Positions 7,133 through 12,598 of a stretch of DNA of 12,598 bases are shown here, in pieces (positions within the stretch are counted from its first letter, which is position 1; each line of letters starts with the position of its first letter). The position numbers and the translations under genes were made by a program. Under the pieces are notes generated by a model. That model was not told where the DNA came from and did not search any database. It saw only the letters and a list, made by a program, of their open reading frames with translations. The DNA is from Armatimonadota bacterium (GTDB taxonomy: Bacteria > Armatimonadota > JAAZEB01): assembly GCA_012512265.1 (NCBI GenBank), contig JAAZEM010000207.1:1-12598 (forward strand), written 5' to 3'.

Positions 7133-8080
7133 CTACAGCACCTGGCGCTGGATGCCCCCGAAAAGCTGGCGCAGGCGATGGAGCCGGTCAGGATCGAGAT
7201 AGGGGGGATCCACGGCGCGCAGATTCTCGCGCAGCCGTTCCGGACTGCGGGTGCCAGCGCAGCAGACGCTCACATCATGGGCCAGCACGAAGCGCAGCGC
7301 TGCCTCCGGGATGGAGTAGGGCTTCAGGAAATCGAAGAGGCCCGGGTCCCGATAGATCGGGTCGTCGGGTAGAGTGCCCTTCTCAATGTGCCGGCGGACG
7401 CACTCCAGCGCCGCGGGCACGCTCACCAGGCCAGAGACCTTCGAGGCCTGGTTGAGCGGCATCATCACCACGGTGCCCACGCCGTGTTGAGCGCAGAGAG
7501 GGAGCACGGAATCCGCTGCCGTCTGCAACAGGAAGTTCAAAGTGAGCATCACCACGTCAAACGCACCCGTGGGCACGGCGCGTTGCAGGACTTGATGGGT
7601 GCCATCCCCCTCCGAGAGCTCGCTGATCCCGATGAAGCGCACCTTCCCCTGATCCCGCAGTTTCACCATCGCGTCATAGCAGCCATCGCTCATGAAGCGG
7701 TCAAAGCTCTCGATGGTGCGCATGCCGTGGCCCAACAGAATATCGAGCCGGTCGCGGCGCAGGCGGCGCAGGCTCTCCTCCACGGAGGCGGTCAGCGCCT
7801 GGGGGGTGCCGATGTACGCGGCCCCAACGGCATACGTCTCGTAGGGGCAGTACTTGGTTTCTACCAGCACATCGTCATGGCCTTGCAGCGCCTCGCCCAG
7901 CGCGCGCTCGCTCTCGCCGCCATCATAGCCCGACGCGGTGTCGATGAAGTTGATGCCGGAGTCGATCGCGGCGCGCACCGTCGCAATGAACTGCGCCCGC
8001 TCTTGACGGGCGCCCCGGGCCGCGCCGTAACCCAACTCGGAAACCTGCAGGCCGGTCCGGCCGAGTGTCCGGTAACGCAT
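7133..8080 (-). CDS. Aldo/keto reductase family oxidoreductase
   Basis: The N-terminus MRYRTLGRTGLQVSELGYGA is typical of the AKR family. INFIDTASGYDGGESE (Asp/Tyr catalytic region) is present. The Shine-Dalgarno AAGGAG sits 6 nt upstream of the ATG, and the protein is 315 aa. Confidence 0.88.
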   Translation of the reverse strand: MRYRTLGRTGLQVSELGYGAARGARQERAQFIATVRAAIDSGINFIDTASGYDGGESERALGEALQGHDDVLVETKYCPYETYAVGAAYIGTPQALTASVEESLRRLRRDRLDILLGHGMRTIESFDRFMSDGCYDAMVKLRDQGKVRFIGISELSEGDGTHQVLQRAVPTGAFDVVMLTLNFLLQTAADSVLPLCAQHGVGTVVMMPLNQASKVSGLVSVPAALECVRRHIEKGTLPDDPIYRDPGLFDFLKPYSIPEAALRFVLAHDVSVCCAGTRSPERLRENLRAVDPPYLDPDRLHRLRQLFGGIQRQVL

Positions 8081-8118
8081 CTTCTTCTCCTTGCTTGCTC
8101 CCCGCGGGGGGCATGAAG

Positions 8119-9108
8119 CTACAGCGTGATGACCGCCTCCTCGCGCGCGGACCGGCGGATGGCGTCCACGATCCGCTGGCCGGCGAGCCCGTCCTCCATG
8201 GTGGCGTAGGGACGGTGGCCCTCTCGAATGGCGCGCACGAACTCATCCACCGCGGCGGCATCGCCTGTGAGCGCCGGCTTCTCGACGGGGACGCGCTCCT
8301 CCTCTTTGCCCCGGGCGATTACGATGCAGGGTCCGTTCTCATCCTGGGCGGGCCACCCGCTCGCCTCGGTGCCGACCACGTACTGGCGTTGCGGGAGGAA
8401 GGGCACCGTGAAGTAGCCGAGGCTTCCCATCACGCCTCCCTCATGCGTCGTCACGGCAGAGATCAGCTCTTCGTTCCAGGGATCCTCCCCCGTCGTCACC
8501 GTTCGGGCGTAGACGCTCTTCACCTCGCCCCCCATGAAGCGGAGCCACTCGCAGATGTGGACGCCGTCGTGAAGGATGAGCGAGCCCCAGGTCGCCGGGT
8601 CGAGCGTTGCCTTATGCCCCTTGCCCTGGCACAACAACCCGGAGATCTTGGGATGGGTGGCGCCGACGGCGAGGAGCCGGCCGAAAACACCCTGCTGCAC
8701 CATCTCGCGGAGCTTGCGATGCTGGGGCATGAGCCGCATGCTCAAATTGACCACGGTGGCCACGCCGGCCTCCCGACACGCCTGTGTCATCGCCTCGGCA
8801 TCCGCCACCGAGAGAGCGATCGGCTTCTCGCAGTAGACGTGGCAGCCCTGGCGGACCGCGGCGAGGGTGATCTCGGCGTGGACGTTGTTATCGGTGTTGA
8901 TGCAGACCGCATCCAGGCCCTCGGCGAGGAGGTCGGGGTAGTGGGTGAACCCAGGGGCGGTGATCCCCTGCCGGGCGCACTCCTCGAGGCGCTCGGGACG
9001 AATATCGCACACGCCAACCAGCTCTATATCCGGCCGCGCGGCAACGGCGCGCGCGTTGCAGATGCCGCGAGCGCCCACTCCGATGATCCCGAACCGAAGC
9101 CGTTCCAT
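8119..9108 (-). CDS. Gfo/Idh/MocA family NAD(P)-dependent oxidoreductase
   Basis: The N-terminal Rossmann motif is RFGIIGVGARG...VGVCD. The sequence then runs ...EKP into a C-terminal alpha/beta domain. The Shine-Dalgarno GAGGAG is 6 nt upstream. This is the first gene of an apparent three-gene minus-strand operon with the AKR and nth. Confidence 0.88.
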   Translation of the reverse strand: MERLRFGIIGVGARGICNARAVAARPDIELVGVCDIRPERLEECARQGITAPGFTHYPDLLAEGLDAVCINTDNNVHAEITLAAVRQGCHVYCEKPIALSVADAEAMTQACREAGVATVVNLSMRLMPQHRKLREMVQQGVFGRLLAVGATHPKISGLLCQGKGHKATLDPATWGSLILHDGVHICEWLRFMGGEVKSVYARTVTTGEDPWNEELISAVTTHEGGVMGSLGYFTVPFLPQRQYVVGTEASGWPAQDENGPCIVIARGKEEERVPVEKPALTGDAAAVDEFVRAIREGHRPYATMEDGLAGQRIVDAIRRSAREEAVITL

Positions 9109-9161
9109 CCGCTGTTCTCCTCTTCACAAGGTTGTTCTGCACCCATGGGCGGGTATAGTAG

Positions 9162-9190
9162 CGGTATCGCCATTATAGCGGCGGCAAGGG
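9162..9190 (-). promoter_or_regulatory. Promoter for the Gfo/Idh/MocA-AKR-nth operon: TTGCCA (complement of 9185-9190), 17 nt, TATAAT (complement of 9162-9167)
   Basis: The minus strand reads ...CCGCTTGCCAtttccccttgccgccgcTATAATggcGATACC.... This gives a perfect -10 and a 5/6 -35 at 17-nt spacing, about 50 nt upstream of the ATG at 9108. It sits in a local AT-rich island. Confidence 0.5.
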
Positions 9191-9553
9191 GAAATGGCAA
9201 GCGGAGGGTATAGGCCATGACCGGGCGATGAACAGGCGCGCGGGCGCTGCATGCGCGCGACGCCGGCAAGCAAGGTCTCGAGTTCTTATCAGGCAGGCGT
9301 AACGCTCCGGCGTATTGGAGTGTGGAAAGGGCGCCAGCGCCCTTCTGCCAGCGTGTAAACCGGGGCGATAGCGTCGGGAGCGTGGGGGGGAGTCCGGAGT
9401 GGCATGGAGGATGCGGGTGGCTGGATGGATCTTCCTATCCCAAGCTCTCGCACGCGCGGGAGATGGCTTGTGACGCGGGCGGCTACCTTGGGAATGGATA
9501 GCCGCTGCGCCGCGTCCTGTCTGTCGGGGGCCTCGTGGAGGGAGGAGCGGGCA

Positions 9554-9862
9554 ATGCAGATCACAGAGACGCCGTGTCCGTGGTGTCATAAGGGCCGGGT
9601 GATCATCCATGCGGCCGACGAGCCGTGGATCGTCAAGGAAGACACCGGTGAGATTGGCCGGCGCGGTCCAAAGGGGCGCCCTGCGCGTTTCCGAACGTCA
9701 CCGGTCGATTGGTTCTCGTGCACCGAATGCGCGATGAACGGCACGGTCTCGTACCTGCGCATGCTGCTCAGCGGGGGGGTGCGGCGTTATCTGCAAGAGG
9801 CCGCACTGCGGCAGCGGGCCACAATCCGTCCCTGCGGTGGAGAGAGCGTTCGCCCGGATTGA
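9554..9862 (+). CDS. Small (102-aa) zinc-ribbon protein of unknown function, with CPWC ... CTEC motifs about 58 residues apart
   Basis: ATG 9554 is preceded by an 11-nt Shine-Dalgarno GGAGGGAGGAG (9537-9547) with a 6-nt spacer. GC3 is high in this frame. Two CxxC pairs are present (TPCPWCHKG and FSCTECAMNG). The ORF-track start at 9404 adds 50 non-protein-like residues and is rejected. Confidence 0.5.
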   Translation: MQITETPCPWCHKGRVIIHAADEPWIVKEDTGEIGRRGPKGRPARFRTSPVDWFSCTECAMNGTVSYLRMLLSGGVRRYLQEAALRQRATIRPCGGESVRPD

Positions 9863-9893
9863 GCCACTGGCCACTGGGGCAGGAAGTTGGGGA

Positions 9894-9925
9894 GGGCGGT
9901 CGTGAGACGCCTCGCACGACCGCCC
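9894..9925. terminator. Bidirectional hairpin between the convergent zinc-ribbon and encapsulin genes: GGGCGGTCGTG-agacgcctcg-CACGACCGCCC (11-bp stem)
   Basis: Perfect 11-nt inverted repeat centred in the 109-bp gap between the two stop codons (9862 and 9972). There is no strong U-tract on either side. Confidence 0.45.
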
Positions 9926-9971
9926 GGTCAGTCTAAGCGCGCCCGAGAAGGGATCGCTTTAGGCGGCCTGA

Positions 9972-10826
9972 CTACTCCGCGCGCTCGATGGTGCAGATTG
10001 CTCCCGGCCGCTTGATGCGCAGCGCCAGGACCTCGAAGACGCGGAAGCGGTGGTTCATGGCGCTCGTCTCCAGGAACGCCGTGATCAGATCCTGCGCGAC
10101 CGCGAGGTCCATATTCTCGGAACCCACCGAGAGGACGACTGCCACGTTGTTCCCCAGCACGGGCGTCTGGTAGACGCCGGCGGTGGCGATCTTGCGCACC
10201 TGCTCCAGCTCCAGAACGCCGGTGCCGTCGTGGATGCGGTTCAGGCCCGCATAGAGCGCCGGGCTCACCACCAGCGCGAAGGGGCCATAGAACTCGTTGG
10301 ACACCAGCATCTGCGTGGCCTCCACGACGTCTCGGAAGGCATTCCCTGTCTCTGCCCAGTCGCGCATGGCGATGGCGTTGCGCCCCGGCGCGTTCGTCAG
10401 GCCGGCGTACTCGTGCCCATTGGCTTTGTGCCCGTTGAAGATCAGGTTATCCTCGGTTCGGGCGCAGAAAGCGGCGGACGCCGCGGCAGGGCTCACATCC
10501 AACGGCAGGTGAAGCTGAGAGGCCGTCTCCAGGTCTCGCCAGTGAATCTGGAAGTCCTTATAGATCATCGGCAAGGGGACGTGATCGCGTTTGCTGGCCA
10601 TCACCGTTCCCGCCTCGTCTTCGCCCATCAGACTGATCGCTCCCTGCTCTCCCCCGGTGAGCTGATCGACGTGAATGGTCTGCACGCCCAGGCCGAACGG
10701 TCCAAAGAGCGGGATCACGCGGCGCCCCACCAGATTGCGCCGTGCCACGTCCATCACTGTAACATCGATCTGATCCCACTGTTCCTCGCTCAAGGGTACT
10801 TGATCCCGCATGAGGTAGTCCGCCAT
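9972..10826 (-). CDS. Encapsulin nanocompartment shell protein, family 1 (Linocin_M18 / HK97 fold), 284 aa
   Basis: The N-terminus MADYLMRDQVPLSEEQWDQIDVTVMDVARRNLVGRRVIPLFGPFGLG aligns with the T. maritima and M. tuberculosis encapsulins (F.PLTEKQWQEID....L.GRKFVDVEGPYG). Later blocks GPFALVVSPALY and SENMDLAVAQDLITAFLETSAMNHRFRVFEVLALRIKRP match the GGDFxLxLGQDLxIGY...ETFTFxV region. The start was moved to the ATG at 10826 because GGGAGGGAG lies 4 nt upstream; the ORF-track start at 10841 overlaps that Shine-Dalgarno site. Confidence 0.88.
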   Translation of the reverse strand: MADYLMRDQVPLSEEQWDQIDVTVMDVARRNLVGRRVIPLFGPFGLGVQTIHVDQLTGGEQGAISLMGEDEAGTVMASKRDHVPLPMIYKDFQIHWRDLETASQLHLPLDVSPAAASAAFCARTEDNLIFNGHKANGHEYAGLTNAPGRNAIAMRDWAETGNAFRDVVEATQMLVSNEFYGPFALVVSPALYAGLNRIHDGTGVLELEQVRKIATAGVYQTPVLGNNVAVVLSVGSENMDLAVAQDLITAFLETSAMNHRFRVFEVLALRIKRPGAICTIERAE

Positions 10827-10911
10827 ATCGCTCCCTCCCATGGTAGCTGCTCTTCCGCCCGCATGCCGGCCCCACGCGCTGGCCTAGCGTCCGCAGGGCG
10901 GGGGTATCAGT

Positions 10912-10941
10912 AATATATACCCGAAACCGGCGCGAGGTAAA
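10912..10941 (-). promoter_or_regulatory. Candidate encapsulin promoter: TTTACC (complement of 10936-10941), 18 nt, TATATT (complement of 10912-10917), inside an AT-rich near-palindrome GGGTATcagtaatatATACCC (10902-10922)
   Basis: The minus strand reads TTTACCtcgcgccggtttcgggtaTATATTactGATACCcccgccc, with a 4/6 -35 and a 5/6 -10. The AT-rich island stands out from the GC-rich surroundings. Confidence 0.35.
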
Positions 10942-11129
10942 CATCCGGGTGTTGCCTTACCCGAGCGGCGCGATGCCGCCAGATCGGGGAGGAATCGCTG
11001 CCGGAGAGACGGAACTGCCGACTATGCCGGGGAGCCGCGAGAGTGCGCCGGCGCATCCGAAGTTGCTTGCTGGCCTGGGGCGGTCTACCGCGGCTGCTCC
11101 AAGCTCGCGGCGTTGAGGAGGGCGAGGAG

Positions 11130-12485
11130 ATGCCTGATCCCACGAATGTGCTCTTCATCTTGAGCGACGACCAGGGCGTTTGGGCCGCCGGGTGCTATGG
11201 CAACCCAGAGATCCGCACGCCGAATATCGACCGGCTGGCTGCCGGAGGCGTCCGCTTCGAGAACTTCTTCTGCGCCACGCCGGTCTGCTCGCCCGCCAGG
11301 GCGACGCTGCTGACGGGGCGCCTCCCCTCGCAACACGGCGTGCATGACTGGATCCGCGCCGGCAACGTTGGCCCGGACGCGATCCGCTACCTGGAAGGCG
11401 AGCTGACTTACACCGATATCCTTGCGCGCGCCGGATGGAGCTGCGGCCTCAGCGGCAAATGGCACCTCGGCGATAGCCAGATCCCCCAGCATGGCTTTAC
11501 CGACTGGTTTGCCCATCAGTTCGGTGGCGGCGACTACCACAACGCCCCCATGGTGCGCAACGGGCAGTTGATCCAGGCGCCCGGCTACGTCACCGACGTG
11601 ATCACGGACGAGGCGCTGGCGCTTCTCGAACGTTACGCCGACGCGGGCGCCCCCTTCTACCTCAGTGTTCATTATACCGCGCCGCATAGCCCCTGGACCG
11701 GCCACCCACAGGAGATCGTCGACTCGTATGCCGATTGTCCGTTCAACTCGTGCCCGCAAGAGGAGCGGCACCCTTGGGCAATTAGCCTGACGGACGAATG
11801 CCTGGGCAACCGCGCGATGCTCCAGGGCTACTTCGCGGCGGTCACGGCGATGGACATGGGGATTGGCCGGCTGCTTGATCGACTAGAAGGGCTGGGCCTG
11901 CGAGAGCGCACGCTGGTCGTCTTCATGAGCGATAACGGCTTCTCCGCCGGGCACCACGGCTTTTGGGGTAAGGGGAACGGCACGGTTCCGCGCAACATGT
12001 ACGAGAACTCCATTCGCGTGCCGGCGATCCTCAGCCACCCCGGCGTGATTCCGGCAGGGCGAGTGGAGCGGGGATTGGTCAGCGCCTACGACTTCATGCC
12101 CACGCTGCTCGACTACTTGGGGCTTCCGGTGCCGGGCGACGGCAATCTGCCAGGGCGTTCCTTTGCCCCCCTCCTGCGCGGCGAGGAGATGCCCGAGCGC
12201 GAGAGTGTCGTCATCTACGACGAGTATGGCCCGGTGCGCATGGTGCGAACCCGCGAGTGGAAGTACGTCTACCGCCACGCCTATGGCCCCCACGAGCTCT
12301 ACGACCTGGTGAACGACCCCGACGAGCGCGTGAACCGGGCGGAGGATCCGGCGATGGCGGCGCGAATCCGGGAGTTGAAAGGCCTGATGGAGGAGTGGTT
12401 CACTCGCTACGCCAATCCGTGCCGCGATGGTTTGCGGGAAGATGGCGCGGCGATGGGCCAGACGCGCTTCCTGCCTCGGGCATGA
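11130..12485 (+). CDS. Cys-type sulfatase (formylglycine-dependent arylsulfatase family), apparently cytoplasmic with no signal peptide
   Basis: NVLFILSDDQG is followed by the sulfatase signature CATPVCSPARATLLTGR (the C-x-P-x-R formylglycine motif) and GKWHLG. ATG 11130 has GAGGAGGG 7 nt upstream. The ORF-track GTG at 11043 adds an Arg-rich extension that is not a convincing Sec or Tat signal. Confidence 0.88.
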   Translation: MPDPTNVLFILSDDQGVWAAGCYGNPEIRTPNIDRLAAGGVRFENFFCATPVCSPARATLLTGRLPSQHGVHDWIRAGNVGPDAIRYLEGELTYTDILARAGWSCGLSGKWHLGDSQIPQHGFTDWFAHQFGGGDYHNAPMVRNGQLIQAPGYVTDVITDEALALLERYADAGAPFYLSVHYTAPHSPWTGHPQEIVDSYADCPFNSCPQEERHPWAISLTDECLGNRAMLQGYFAAVTAMDMGIGRLLDRLEGLGLRERTLVVFMSDNGFSAGHHGFWGKGNGTVPRNMYENSIRVPAILSHPGVIPAGRVERGLVSAYDFMPTLLDYLGLPVPGDGNLPGRSFAPLLRGEEMPERESVVIYDEYGPVRMVRTREWKYVYRHAYGPHELYDLVNDPDERVNRAEDPAMAARIRELKGLMEEWFTRYANPCRDGLREDGAAMGQTRFLPRA

Positions 12486-12518
12486 GAATGCCCGGCGGCC
12501 CGTGATGGGAGGGATCCC

Positions 12519-12598
12519 ATGAGTCCATGGCTTTTGCTGGCATTGGTGGCTGCCGCCGGAGCGCCAGAGCAGCCGCTCGTTTGGAGCTTTGAAGACCC
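12519..12598 (+). CDS. Start of a signal-peptide-bearing protein (MSPWLLLALVAAAGAPEQPLVWSFED...), 3'-partial
   Basis: ATG 12519 is preceded by GGGAGGGA (12507-12514). The N-terminus is hydrophobic, followed by AGA|PE. The gene runs off the window end. Confidence 0.4.
   Translation, partial: MSPWLLLALVAAAGAPEQPLVWSFED

Noticed and set aside
8100-8109. 10-bp palindrome CCCCGCGGGG between the Gfo/Idh/MocA and AKR genes
   Set aside because: It is too short, has no loop and no flanking U-tract, so it cannot act as a terminator. It is likely a chance GC palindrome in the intergenic Shine-Dalgarno region.
9207-9221. Mini-ORF ATG-ACC-GGG-CGA-TGA (MTGR) with GGAGGG 8 nt upstream
   Set aside because: It is four codons long and lies in the divergent promoter region of the oxidoreductase operon, so it is most likely chance. 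Only a leader-peptide role would make it meaningful, and there is no adjacent attenuator structure.
9404-9553. N-terminal 50-residue extension of the zinc-ribbon ORF (track start 9404)
   Set aside because: The extension (MEDAGGWMDLPIPSSRTRGRWLVTRAATLG...) has no Shine-Dalgarno site and a non-protein-like composition. The internal ATG at 9554 has an 11-nt SD at ideal spacing.
9863-9878. Tandem heptamer GCCACTGG-CCACTGG just after the zinc-ribbon stop codon
   Set aside because: Only two copies. No further repeats or spacers, so it is not a CRISPR array or a structured repeat.
1-12598. Checked for CRISPR repeats, IS element or transposase ends, integrase or att sites, rRNA and tRNA genes
   Set aside because: No direct-repeat/spacer periodicity, no terminal inverted repeats flanking an ORF, no transposase or integrase-like translations, and no tRNA-like T-arm or anticodon-arm signatures were seen.

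Overview
This is a high-GC (roughly two-thirds G+C) bacterial chromosomal window with no mobile elements, CRISPR arrays, tRNA or rRNA genes. I call 14 protein-coding genes. On the plus strand, in order: (1) the 3' part of a CheY-like stand-alone response-regulator receiver (1-374, 5'-partial); (2) a secreted 441-aa protein (1530-2855); (3) a Thr/Gly/Val/Pro-rich lipoprotein with an N-terminal carboxypeptidase-regulatory-like stretch (2974-4410); (4) a small YtxH-like membrane protein (4642-4872); (5) a membrane GAF-GGDEF diguanylate cyclase with an intact I-site (5142-6524); (6) a 102-aa CxxC...CxxC zinc-ribbon protein (9554-9862); (7) a Cys-type sulfatase with no signal peptide (11130-12485); (8) the start of a signal-peptide protein (12519 onward, 3'-partial). 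On the minus strand, in order: (9) a 100-aa hypothetical protein with a strong Shine-Dalgarno site (618-917); (10-12) an operon of a Gfo/Idh/MocA oxidoreductase, an aldo/keto reductase and endonuclease III (9108 down to 6372), driven by a TTGCCA-N17-TATAAT promoter; (13) a family-1 (Linocin_M18/HK97-fold) encapsulin shell protein (9972-10826). Two things stand out. First, the encapsulin has no co-oriented cargo gene on either side; it is flanked only by the convergent zinc-ribbon gene and the divergent sulfatase. Second, two perfect sigma70-consensus promoters (TTGACA-N18-TATACT) sit about 250 bp apart upstream of the secreted-protein/lipoprotein pair; the second has an A-rich UP-like element, and about 220 nt of structured, lower-GC untranslated sequence lies between them. 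All family assignments come from reading the translations by eye; no searches were run.
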